Assembly: GCA_964035545.1 (NCBI GenBank)
Contig: CAXIUT010000130.1
Coordinates: 1 to 28,846 of the forward strand
DNA length: 28,846 nucleotides
Direction: 5' to 3'
Source of the DNA: Bugula neritina
Taxonomy: Eukaryota; Animalia; Bryozoa
The notes beneath the pieces are model-generated. The model was not told the origin of the DNA and made no database searches. It saw nothing but the letters and a program-made list of their open reading frames with translations. Positions 1-12,500 of the stretch are shown here, one piece after another. The first letter of the stretch is position 1. Each line of letters starts with the position of its first letter. Position numbers and translations under genes: made by a program.

Positions 1-99
1 CCCAACCCCAACCCCAACCCCAACCCCAACCCCAACCCCAACCCCAACCCCAACCCCAACCCCAACCCCAACCCCAACCCCAACCCCAACCCCAACCCC
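1..99. repeat. Left telomere, (CCCCAA)n
   Basis: About 16 C4A2 units at the contig start. This is the Tetrahymena/oligohymenophorean-type telomeric repeat. Confidence 0.98.
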
Positions 100-133
100 T
101 ATATTTGAATCGTATTTATATTAATTAATCAAG

Positions 134-1021
134 ATGTCAGCAACCATTGGAGATATAAAGCTCGAAACAATAGATTTTAATTGGATTCAATAAACAACAA
201 AAATTAACCATCTTAAAAGAGCAATAGCTCTTATAGAACAAGATGGAAACTACTATACATAACTTAAAGATGTTTGCTATAAAAGAATGGAGTAAATTGA
301 TCCATCTCTTAAGTAATTCATTAATAAAAAAGGAGGCTAGCAGTTAACACTGAAGTTTCTAGTTAGGAAAAACTTAATATTTAAAGTTAATTGAAAGAAT
401 GGGAATCGTCTGTTAGTCATAAATAAAAAACTATTATCGAAAAGGCAACAAACCTCTAAAATTACGAAGATTACTTTAATAACTAGGAAGATAAAAAAGA
501 TAACAAAAAGATAACATTAAGAGCTTAAAAATAGAGAATGAAAGGAAACTAGGCAATAAAAAGCAAAGATTATGATGAGGCTATCAATTACTACTCAATA
601 AGTATCGAATTAGATGCTAGTATGCATCAGGCATATGGAAATAGGGCTCTTGCATATCTAAAAAAGAAAGGTATTTGCTATTTAAATATTAAGAGTTCAA
701 TAAATGCATTCAGGATTGTGATAAGGCTCTTGAATTAAATAGCACCTATGTTAAAGCTTTCCATAGAAAAGGCAAGGCCTTGATTGAGATGAGTACTTAT
801 AGAAATATAAAGAAAAAAAGGTTGAGGGCTATAAATGTTATAAGGAGATAATGAAGATTGATCCTGATAATAATGAAGTCAATAAGGAAATGATGGATTT
901 GAGACAGGAGATGAGCTAGAGGTAAATTAAGGAGTTGGAAAGCCATTTAATTTCTAAGTCAGAATTTAAAAAAATTACAATTTAGGAGGATTCTGATTAA
1001 GAAGAAATACAAGAAAAATGA
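134..1021 (+). CDS. SPAG1/RPAP3-like TPR co-chaperone, ~274 aa. Introns 313-332, 671-693, 793-812
   Basis: With UAR=Glu the N-terminus reads IDFNWIQETTKINHLKRAIALIEQDGNYYTELKDVCYKRMEEIDP, resembling the SPAG1 N-terminal motif. A TPR triad follows: AEKERMKGNEAIKSKDYDEAINYY...AYGNRALAYLKKKEFNKCIQDCDKALELN...KAFHRKGKA. Three GTA..AG introns restore the frame, and the gene ends at TGA 1019-1021. Confidence 0.85.
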
Positions 1022-1350
1022 TTCTGAAGATTATGTTAAATCTATCATTTTAATATCATTATTTTATTTAAACTGTATTTTTTATGATAATTTCAGTATA
1101 CTTGAAGAAAAAACATCTATTTATGACAACATTTTAAATATTATTTAATGTTTCAGAATTTGATAACTTCTTTTATATTTTTCTTATCATCATAAAGATA
1201 AAGCAAATCATCATATTTTTTCTGAAACATTTCTGAACCCTTTAGTGACTTTAAAAATCATACTGAGACTAAACTTTGAATGGTAAATTTCTTTTCTCTA
1301 TTAATTCAAAAAAATTACAGAAAAACATAAAAAAGAGTACTAGATAATTT

Positions 1351-1386
1351 TAAAGATTTTTGTAAAGATTTTTGTAAAGATTTTTG
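1351..1386 (+). repeat. Short tandem repeat (TAAAGATTTTTG)x3
   Basis: Three exact 12-bp copies in the intergenic region. Confidence 0.8.
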
Positions 1387-2032
1387 ATAAAAATAGTGAA
1401 CTCTTTGGCTAGGGGTAGAATTATTCTATTTATGAACTTTTACAGCTACATCTTACCATTTGAGAATATAGTTATATGGATTTAATATTAGATGGAAATG
1501 CTAAAAGATAAATAGAATGAATGAAACAAGCTAATTCAATAAATATATCAAATAAACTTAGCATTTTGGAGGAAGTAAACATTATCTTCAGTTGAAAAAA
1601 TCACTAACAACATTTTTCATCTTTTTCTTGGTCGATTTATAATTTTTATGGCAAAAAATCATAAAATTGTTCATAACAATCGGTAAAACTATTTTAATAT
1701 AAATAACATAAAGACTATATCCTATTTATAATAATACTATTTCCTTTTCTTCAAGCTATTTAAAGAAAAAATTCAAAGGAAGAATAAAATAGATTATAGT
1801 AGGGAGAGAACAAGAAAAAGGAAGATAGCTTGAAGGAAAAAAAATATAATGCTGAAATATGTATTTATTGAGGAGTTGAATAAAAAGTTATAAAAAAATA
1901 AAAGATAAGGCTGAATCTATCTACCTATTAACATATCTACGATATTTTAAAATTATTATCAATTCATATTATTCCTTTAAGAATTAATAAAATAAAATCT
2001 TTTAAATAATCAGAATTGATTTAATTTGTATC

Positions 2033-5000
2033 ATGTTCTAAGACCGACTTAAGGACATCCTTACTAACATCTATACAGGAAGAATATTGATATTTTCAAA
2101 TTATACGGCTCGCTAAACTCTTTTTACGAAGGGCATTACACCTGCCATCTTTCTTCATAAATACTATACTCATTCAATTGGATAAACTCGAGTCGCCTAT
2201 AACATCAAAGATCGAGGAGTTAAAGAAATGTGCTAACTAACACCCATCGATTCTTAGTAGTATGACTGCTATAAAGAGGATAAAATGAATAAGATAATAA
2301 GATAAAAATTAATACATCATTCTAAGCTGCCTAAGGAGATAAGTCGCTAGGATTTGACTGTCAAACCTCTTATTGAAAAATATTTAAAAAATTTAAATTT
2401 TTTTTGGTTTGAAGAATCGACTAAGATATTTTTGTATTGTATGAGTTTGGATTAAAATAATTCTAGGTTTAGTACATTAGAACAGCCTTTTGGATTAACT
2501 TTTTTGATTGAAGTTTCCCCAGGAATCAATATTAAGAGTGAGTATTAAAAGATAAGGAAGGAAGCAGATATCAAACTAAAGAAGATGTTTGCCCTGAATC
2601 AAGCTCGTATTAAAGCTGTATCAATATTAGTAGTTCTTATTTACAACTCTTAGAAGGGAGGAACATTCTCTGAAATGAAACAATATCAATAAGAATTAAA
2701 ACAAACTTATAGCTTGCAAAACAACTTGTTGATAATGGTCTAAATAAACGATTCTAAAGCTAAAGATTCTGTTGATTGGAGTAGTTATCCAAGAATAGTG
2801 ATAAAAAATGAATATAAATTGAAGTCTTCTGATCCTATTAGGATCATTAATTAAAATTAAGATGGAATACTAAAACAATATATTAATAATCATCGAGAAA
2901 AAATAAGACACAATATTGAGGATAGATTAAGGTTGTTAGGATTTAGATATTAATAAAATAATACTGCGAAAAATAGATTCTTTAACTTTTTTAAAAGCTC
3001 ACAAACATAACGTTCTTACACTTCCTAGGAGGTATAAAATAGATAAATAGCTGATATCTTATTTATTCTTGGAGACTATAAAAGATCATTAGACATTTAT
3101 AAAGACTTAGCCTAAAAATTTGACAGCAACGAGCGAGACCCAGCGATCTTGTACAATATGAGTGAGATGGTTCAACTCAGTAAATATATGTACAGCATGA
3201 ATGGTGGGAATAAGATCAAAGCAGCAGATTCTATTCAGAAATACGCCGAGCGATCGATGTTGAAACGAGCTCAGTCTATGCAGAAAAACAAACTATATAG
3301 GTATCTAATATATATCATGTATTTCGTGCATGGGTTTAAAAACTATGACAGATAATTTATCAAAAACAGTTATTATTACTATATCAAAAAAACTGTCAAT
3401 GAATAGACTCATTCGGAAGCTAATCATAATCCATCGCTGATTCCTTCACTCATACATGAACAATATACTAATCTAAATTTGCTATATCCTATTCCTTAAT
3501 TTAGACGTTACGCTTATGATATAGTTAGAGTGGCTTCTAAGTTTAATGAGTTTCGACTCTTTGATCATCATCTAAGGTGTCTCCTCATTGCGAGCTATGT
3601 CTATTAGGGAAGCTTTCCTATCATTGAAAAGTATATTAATTCTGCTCTTAGTAGAACATATTTGGAGTTAAAAAAGTATAGGTTTTCTTTAGAAAGAATT
3701 CAACAAACTTGGAAGACTTTATTAACTCAGTATTAAGATAATACATCCTAAAATTAATAAGAAAATTAATTTACAAAGTTGTTAACCAGTCAGCAAAGAG
3801 CTATAACCTAAATTTAAAAGGCATAGCCTTTATAGTTAACTAGAGAAACTCAGGACTGCATTTCTGTCCCTAAAATATCACAAATTATGATATAAATTTA
3901 CGACTAATCATTACAGTACGGATAAAATTTGGGTTCAACTTGGCAAGAGGTGGGTGATGTCTTTTTGAGTTAAACTGAATTGACAAGCAAGGGTATGAGC
4001 AAGCAAAACCTAATCAAACAGCTTAGAGCATTTGATGCAGTAACAGCATAGTAGAAAGAGTTAGCCTATCGCGTGAAGAAGTTACCAAGTGGTCAGATAC
4101 CTGAAGCGATGTTGAAACGTAATACTCGACTATCATTTGTAGGATAGCCAATAGTGATAACATTTACAATGAAGAACAACTTGCCTCTGAACATCTAGGT
4201 AGGAAATATTCGTTTACATTTGAAGAGTGGCAAGAAATGTAAGATAACATTAATTAGCCCTCATACTTAGAAATTGTTGTTGAAAAATGGTCAAAAATCA
4301 TCGGTAACTTTTTAAATAATACCCCAATAAGCAGGTTTGATTTAGTTTTCTCATATTAGTTGGACTTTCTTTAAAATGACAAGTATCTATAGATTCAAAT
4401 AACCTTGGGAAACAAAGTCCAATATGAAAAGCTTATACAACAAAATCAATGTTTTAGAATAAACCGGACAACTAACTATCAACATCAAACACCAAAGTAA
4501 GTTTTTTGAAGGATAATAAACTCACCTTGAACTACAAATTAAAAATATTGGAAAATAAATCGTAGAAGAGATGTATATCGCTATAGACCATTAAAATATT
4601 TTTGGATTTAAAATGAAGAAAATAGAATAAACAATAGCTATAGGTTAGACTATGAACAAAACACTAGAAATGAAGATACCTATTTTGAAGGAATCAAATT
4701 ATATGAAATCGACTTGCAAGGCCATAATTCTATACAAAACAGGCAGTAATTTCAGAATACAGCGGATGGTAACCATCTTGAATATCAACAGAGTGGCAGA
4801 GATCAATAATATATTTTGTTAGAGGATATCAACTAATCTTCACTTTCTCAATTTTACTATCAGATATCCGAACTAGTCAGAACAAGATATATTCAAATCA
4901 ATGATTATTCACAGAGGAATGGACATCAAGAAAGTATAAACTAATCAGTTGGGTAATATTTGTCACTATTTTATGTTCTTGAGAAAAAATATATAAAAAG

Positions 5001-5668
5001 AACTTGAAGAGTATCAGTTTGAACCTCATTAATACCCTGCCTTCAGCTCATTAAAGGAAAGCTATTTAGAAACTTAAGTAGCTGATAAAAATGATAAAGA
5101 TAACACTTTGAGGTTGTTTTTTATGTGGTGGAACAAGTAAAAGAAAAGTGGAGTGATCAGTCCTCGTCCTATCCACATTACTTCTTCCTAAAACTATCCA
5201 ACCCATGTTAAACTGCCCTTCAATGTTAAACTACTCTATCAAGATGAAATTGAATGCAACTTCCTTTAAAATGTATATGCCTAGATTGAGATATAATTTA
5301 TAATAAAGAATATCTATAGTCCTAAAGACATCAACCTGACTGTCTAGTTTATTGAGAGCATGAGCAGTGACGCAATATGGTAGGGAGTAACAGAGTAGCA
5401 TTTATGTTTGAAGTACAACTAGGAGAGAAAGATAAGTTTAAAGTTGTTTGTGATGAGAGCAGGACTATTCAATATCGCTAAAAGTATCAAGTATACCATA
5501 TTTATCAATAAAAGTAATTCCTATATGCATAATCACAGTGACTATGAAAATATCTTTTTGATGGCTAAAGATAGTAACAGTAATAAAAAAAATAATTTTG
5601 ACTTTTTTTAACAAATACCCCTCTCAGCCTTCAAAAAAACTATAGAACAAGAACAAAGTCTTATCTGA
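2033..5668 (+). CDS. TRAPPC8: TRAPPIII subunit Trs85/TRAPPC8-like, 1211 aa, no frame-shifting intron
   Basis: One frame of 1212 codons from ATG to TGA. Motifs SYTSEEVENREIADILFILGDYKRSLDIY, FRRYAYDIVRVASKFNEFRLFDHHLRCLLIASYVY and FVGEPIVITFTMKNNL match remembered TRAPPC8 segments (R.MADL.F...Y, RKYAFHMILAGHRF...HALRCY, EEPITV...RNPL). Confidence 0.75.
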
Positions 5669-5779
5669 TTACAGTCATATCATAGTTTATACATCCATAG
5701 TTAATAATTTTAATATTATTTAAATTGATTTATGTATTTAGTGAATGATAACTTATAATAAGTGCAATATAATAAAAGA

Positions 5780-7305
5780 ATGTCCAAACTACATCATAGG
5801 ACCTACACATCGGCCAGCAATCATTAAGAAAAAGTTATGAGCACTATTCATCACGGCTTCAACTATTTTCATTAACTAGAACTGCCCAGAACTAAACTCC
5901 AACGCAAAAGAATCAAAAGTATCTTACTAACAACTCAGCACTACAAAGCAACTCTTTACTTTAACCTCAAAAAAGCGTCCAAGAGATCTTAAACGAAAAC
6001 AAAGAAACATATACCCATATTAAAACAGAATTTTAGCATTTGAGAGAGGCAGAACTGAACTAGTATGTAAAGAAGTCTCTGAAGTACCAGGAAATACTGA
6101 ATATAAACGACAATAAAAAGAAAAGGTTGCCTACTTTGAACACAAAGATAGGTGAAGTGGTTAAGAAATCAGTTTTATAAAACTTGACTAAAAATATATA
6201 GCACTATATGACAACTACTCACCACAAGATTTAAGGTTGGCGTCCTGAATCACGCTAGGGTCACACCGCAACTGTATATAAAAACATGGTAGTCATACTT
6301 GGGGGACATTGTAGTGCTCCATTTTCTATAGCTCAGATATACTCTTTTGATAGCCACAGTTGGGTCAAACAAATGCCTGTGTATTCTGCTCGGAGCTACC
6401 ATTCTGCCATATTCTATAAAGCTAGATTTATAATTGTGTTTGGAGGAATGGGGACATATGATATAAGTCGGAAGTGTAGAGTTTGTTTTAATAGTATTAA
6501 TTTAATTGACCTGCTGACTTGGAGCTGTAGATCTCTTAAAATGAATAATGAGGAAAGTATTGAGGGTAGACGCAGTCATGGAGCTGTCTTAATGGGTAAG
6601 TATATGGTTGTTTTTGGAGGAATGAACACTAAAAGAAACTTTTTAAATGATTTTGTCTACCTAGATCTCAAATAGCTACGTTGGTACCATAAAGAGTATA
6701 AAGTTGAAGGTAAATAGTTAAATTAAAACATTGAAAGTGGACTAGCTAAGCACAAGATGCTTGCTAATTTCAAATAGAATCATAAGAATTTGCCTCTTTA
6801 TTCTTCATAGTATACATAGGATGAAGGAATTTATATATTTTGTGGTACATTTGGTAATAATGCTGAAAACATTGTTTCCTTTATGACTTTTAACAAGTAC
6901 AACCCTCATCTTAAAAAAGTATAGTATCAGGGATTGCCTCCTTCTGCCATCGAACCTATTATTTAAAAAATCAATGACAATTTAGTCATAATTATATCTG
7001 GATAAATGACTGAAAGAAGAATCAAGTTGTATATGATCAAGTAAAAATAGTTTGTAGGAATATACAAAAATATAACACCTCCTTTTTATGGAGGAATCGG
7101 TAGTACTATTAGTAAATATAACGAGGAGCTGTATTTATTTCATGGATTAGGCTATCGGGGTTATATCAACACAGTTAGTAGTTTGAGGGTGGAGGAGAAG
7201 GTGGTGGAAGGATAGGGCAAGAAAAAAAGAACGAAAGGAGGGTATGAAATCGAATGGAACTACAATGAAGACATTGAATCTTCTAGCTAAATTGATTCTC
7301 GATGA
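5780..7305 (+). CDS. Kelch-repeat beta-propeller protein, ~501 aa. Intron 5919-5938
   Basis: Kelch motifs PESREGHTATVYKNMVVILGG, ARSYHSAIFYKARFIIVFGG and RRSHGAVLMGKYMVVFGG. A 20-nt intron joins the ATG exon to the kelch frame, and the gene ends at TGA 7303-7305. Confidence 0.85.
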
Positions 7306-7335
7306 TTATATTATAAAAAGTTGATATTATGGTAA

Positions 7336-8304
7336 TCATTCTATCAAGGCAGTTCCTGTGATTTCCTTTTAATCATCACTTGAGAAATCGTCCTGCATAA
7401 GGTTTTGTTTGTCCGATTTCTTAGTACCTACATCTTATGTCATATCGATCTCATTATTTTAGTTAGCTTAGAATATTTATTCTTACTACTACTTGTAACT
7501 TTATAACTTGGAGTGAAGCTAGGCCAGTTTATAGTCTTTGTTATTTCTTCGAGATCTGATATACATCGCAGCCAATAAAATAAATATTACTACTCCTGAT
7601 ATTATTAGTAAATTTTAACGGTGTGATTAAAATCTTTGTTATTCTACTTTCTAGTCAAATTTATGCTCTTTATTTATATTGTATGTCTGAGTAGGTTTGG
7701 CTTCAGGTTGTTGAGTCTGTTGAGGTTGCTGGGGTTATTGAGTATTTGTAGGAGTAACTGGAGGAGTAGGTATTTTAGGTGTTTATTGATTGGGAGTTAG
7801 GTTGGATCTAAAGGGCATATCAGGTGTAACTTAGTTTAATGGATCTACTCCTTCTTATGCATACTCGATAGTATTTTCGTATTTCAAGGGAGCTTCTGTT
7901 ATTTTGTACTAAATTCCATTTTAAATGACAAATTAAGGAGGAGCTTTAACGTCAGTTATCATCCAGGGAATCATATAGTCATTATTAACATTGAATGCTG
8001 AATTTTAAATAGTTTTTTTATTATTGTTAATATTTGTGGGTTTTTAATTGATTTATATTTCTTGAGGTTTTTATTCGACTTATGATTTGGGGGCAGGTGG
8101 TGGTTTATTTTTGAGAGCTTTCTCTAGAAAGAAGTCATGAGTTAGTGATGTTTAAAATCTTGATTTAGGAGGGTAGAGGTTATCATGAACTATGTTGTAG
8201 GAAGTGTCAATTGATGGAACTGCTATTAGGCTATTTTTAAAGGATATTTATTATTGATTTGAGGTGGAGTAAATAGCAAGAAGTAGTAGAATGACTATCT
8301 TCAT
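7336..8304 (-). CDS. Orphan type I membrane protein, 322 aa
   Basis: Open frame from ATG to TGA. It has a signal peptide (MKIVILLLLAIYS), a Pro/Thr/Gln-rich stalk (TPKIPTPPVTPTNTQEPQQPQQTQQP), a TM helix (LLIISGVVIFILLAAMYI) followed by RSRR, and an acidic tail. Confidence 0.8.
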
Positions 8305-8380
8305 ATGATATTTAATCTTAATAAACTATTATTATTTGAATATTTATTAAATAAAGAATAAGAAAATCATAGGTTTGAAG

Positions 8381-9187
8381 TCAATTTTTTATTTTTAGTT
8401 CTTAAATAATAGAATTATACTATTTCTAGTTAATTTATTATTTGATTTAACTGTGATTAATTGACTTAAGAGAGATGCTTTAATTCTATTTGAGGTGGCT
8501 TATATCAACTTAATAGACTAATTTACTGCATCCATAGCAAAATAATGTATATCCATAGGTTTCTAGAATATCCTAAAAATCTTCATCATCTTTTTATATG
8601 TGGCAAATACTTGTCTACTTATTGAGAGTTAGTTATTTATTTTATTTTTTTAGAGATATTGCAGTTATTTATATTAAATGTAATCCTTATCGATCGTATT
8701 TTATCAGTTATTTTACATATTTGTAGCTATCTATTTATTTTTATTGTTGTTTTTTTGATTAAATATGTACTTTATCAAGTTTAAAATCATGAAGAGAAGG
8801 AATAGAATGGAAAATAGAGGATCTAGTTATACCTGTTTACCTGTTTTATCCATTCAAGTTTTACTTAAGAGGAGTCATTCCATAAATTTGGTTTTCAACA
8901 TCAAAGATCTTCCTCATCTCGTTCATTTCAATCAAAACGTCTTCCTCGATCAGTGACTCTTTCAATTCCTTCCTATTTTTCTGCCTTCTCAACTCACAAT
9001 ATTACTGGTATGCTCCTTATTCAATGCAGTCGCTCATGTGAATTCTTTAGCTTTACATGTATGTCTATGCGGTTTGTTTCAGTTTTTTTTGTTGATGATA
9101 GTTGAAATATTTGAGAAGAAGAAAAAAGAGAAGAAGGAGGAGAATGGCTACTGACAAAAAAAGTGCCAAAGTGCCTCCAAGGTTCAT
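8381..9187 (-). CDS. Hypothetical N-anchored membrane protein, 268 aa
   Basis: Begins MNLGGTLALFLSVAILLLLLFFLLLKYF (signal anchor) followed by a charged domain. The frame is open for 269 codons to TGA. No family recognised. Confidence 0.6.
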
Positions 9188-9275
9188 TAAATACGGTTCG
9201 CTATTAAATATAAATAAGCAAGTCAATATTCTATTACAGTCTTTTAGTCGAAGCACAACCTATAAAACCATATCA

Positions 9276-9493
9276 TCATTGTCCAGGCACTTCAACAACT
9301 GAATTTTCATATAGATCTTTTTCAAGTTATTTAGAAATCTCCAGAGAATCAGGGTTGACATAATGCCAGTAGATCAACATGCCGAAAAGGACAACGATAA
9401 AGATAAGTTCTGTTATCAGTAGAGCATACGCTTCGGTCGAGTTATATTCCTGGGTAAGAAGTAAAATACGTATGGAATTCCACTTGTGCTCAT
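9276..9493 (-). CDS. Small single-pass membrane protein, ~65 aa. Intron 9450-9469
   Basis: MSTSGIPY|EYNSTEAYALLITELIFIVVLFGMLIYWHYVNPDSLEISKELEKDLYENSVVEVPGQ*. The intron GTATTTTACTTCTTACCCAG fits the 20-nt consensus seen in the other genes. Confidence 0.6.
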
Positions 9494-9545
9494 TATTTAA
9501 ATTTTATATTATTTTTATTATTATTGAATTATCATATTGAAGAGT

Positions 9546-12500
9546 TCAGTGTAAAATTCTGGTTTGTCGAGATTTACTGTCAGAAAAGTGTTTGCCCGGA
9601 TACTTCTTGTCCTTCTTTTATGAACTCCCTCGGCTAGAACCTCTCTTTATTCCTGAACCCTGTTGACTCTTGTCAAGCTGACGAGGGACTACTGTCCCTT
9701 CTGACCATTGAAGCCTTGCAGTCCTCCCATCTCCATAATTAACTACTCCTTATCCATGTTTGAGATCATTCTGAAACTATCCTTCATAAGATGTTCCATC
9801 TTTCCATTTATAGACTCCAAAGCCACTCTTCTTATCTCTTATATATTGCCCTTCATAGCGATCACTTCGAGGATCCATATGATTAGCCACCCAGATTCCA
9901 TAGCCCTCTCTGCTTCCTTCAACAAAATCTCCTTCGTATCTGGAATGATTAGCCCAAGTGTATGTTCCTTGATAATAAGAAGTATACCTTTGCCATGGAA
10001 TTTACCATTTTTATACTAGCCAACGTACATATCTCCATTTTTAAAGACTTATGTTCCGTTTTTATTTTTAATTCCTGCTATGAATTATCCTGCATATTGT
10101 TCAGAATCTGATAACCTAATAGTTCCATATCCATGTTTTTTACCTTGAGCCCATGAACCGACAAACTATGTGCCATCACCTTATATTTGTTTTCCTTTGC
10201 CATGTTTGAATCCATTTTTCCACTATCCTTCGTAAATTATATCTTTTTATTTTCCTAAAAATTTTATTATCCCGTATCCATCTCTTTTGTTCTAGCTGAA
10301 CTCTCCTGAAAAAATATATTTTCCTGGGAGATATTAATAACCCCAACCTGTTTTTTAACCCTCGCCTACTTTGTTGACTGTCCAACCTCCAAAGTAAAAC
10401 TTTCCTTAGTAGTACCAGATAATCGTTCTATTTTCATCTAAAATAAAAGAAACACAGTTTTTGTATTTTTTAACACTTAGAGTGGCTGATTTTTATTTGA
10501 GAAGATCAATTCCAAATTTTTTAAAAGCCTATCTAGCAAATTAAGTCAACTATTGTTGAGTAAATTATCTGTGAGGTGCCTCATGACCTAGTTATATGAA
10601 ATACTTTTAAACATACTATCTGAACTAAGATTCAAATTGTAACTATCTCATCTTAGGTATTGGTATTTAAGCAAGTTTACTTTACTGTTCTTTTATTTCC
10701 ATCTCAAATTAGTCTTCTCTTCTTGATGTTTGGAAGCATTAGTCTTATTTTTATACCAATTTGCTGTTATTTTATCTTTATTCTGACTAGACTTCTGACA
10801 TGCCTTGCATCATGCTTCTGCTTGACTTCCTTACTCTGAATATATTTGATTTTCCATCTCCTTCGCTTTAACCACTAAATTTTTTAACTAGTTGCATTTC
10901 ATTTGTTGAGTTGACTCTGTTTTTAGTTGCTGATGAAATGGTGGCTGGTTCTATTGGAATATTTCTTTTTACCTGTTCTGATACTCTTGAAGTGCCTTGT
11001 CCCATTTTTTTATATATTCTTCCTATATTATTTTTTTTATTATTTCTAAAATTTACTATTGTCCCCACTGTTAATTCAACTTCATTCTTTTCTTATTATT
11101 CTATCCTTTATTATTTCTTTTTCTATAGTTGATTCAATTTGCTTTTTAACTATTATAATTATTTCTCGGCCTATTATTAATCTTTACTGATTATTTATCC
11201 GACTGATAAGTTTACAACATTGCTTTGAAAAGATATATGGGATTCTAGTTTTGAAAGATCGATTTTCTTTTTACTGCTCTTTTTTAATTATGAAAGAATT
11301 GGAGGTGGAGCCTTTTTCTCATCAAATTTTTGTAAATCTGTCACTATCTCATGAACCTTCTTCTCATACACCAATTTCCTTTATATTTTGCCCCATTCCT
11401 TCTTAGGACTTTCTTTAGACGATATTTAAAACCTCTATACTACCTTTTCAGTTTAATCAATAGTTTTAACATTGGCTTAAACTCTTTAGCTAAGATGTTA
11501 GTTATTATTTTATGTTAATATTTTGGATTTTTGTTCTAATTTATTTTCTTAGACACATTAAGTTTTCATTTTCAAGGGTTAGTTTTATATTTATTATAGT
11601 TTATTATCTTTTGGATGTTAGCTGGGAACAAACTCTGTGAACTCTATGATTTGTTTCTATTTAGGTTAATCATGAGCACTTTATATATTTTAAGAATCTA
11701 TTCTGTATTTATGCTTATCCTAAAACTACAAACATTGTTAAATAGGTTACTCTTATTTCTACTTTATCTACTATCCATCTAATATTAGTTATTATTTTTT
11801 CAAAAATTAAGAATTTTATTATACTTATTGCTATTTTTAATTAAATGGTTATTTGGGTTAAAGCTACTATCTTCTCTAATTTTACTGTTTTTATTGAAAA
11901 GGTTAATCATTTTGAGGAATTATTTATGATTGTTTTATTATTTATTCTTGCTTTTATTAAACTTTATGTTCAAGTTATTATTTCTAATTTGTTTTTTATT
12001 TATTTTATTCTATATTTTATTCTTTATTTTAGATTAATCTCATTTATATTTTTTATTCTTTTTATTTTCCTTGTTATAATTTTTAAACGACTTATTAATG
12101 TTTTTAAACGATTACTTATTCAGCTTTTTATACTACTTATTAAGATTTTTATACGACTAATTGTTATTTTTATTCACCTATTGTCTGTTATGGTCTCTAA
12201 ATTAAGGCTTCAGATTTTTATTGAATTATTTTAGTTTCCTCTTTATTAATTTTATCTTAATTCTTCACATTTTAAATATTTTGATTTATTTTTTATTATT
12301 CTGTGACCATATTTTCAACATTTTTATTTTCTTATTCTTTATTCGATTCTTTTAACTATTCTTTCTAAACAACTATTTATTTTTATTAAAGATCTTTTTA
12401 ATTGTTGTTTTTGACTTCTTATTCAACAGTTTATTTATTGATAATTTATTCTTCTAAATTATTTTATTGTTAACTTTTCTAGACCTTTTTGTTTTATTAA

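Noticed and set aside
1517-1855. ORF of ~112 aa in the large intergenic gap
   Set aside because: It has no recognisable motif, and ORFs of this size arise by chance when TGA is the only stop.
9260-9290. Possible 31-nt GTG...TAG intron fusing the 65-aa and 268-aa ORFs
   Set aside because: The donor and length do not match the GTA/20-nt pattern of the other introns, so two genes is the simpler model.
11845-12234. Very hydrophobic 129-aa plus-strand ORF in the supplied track (also 10911-11132)
   Set aside because: It is the antisense shadow of the TAA/AAA-rich region of the MORN gene, not a membrane protein.
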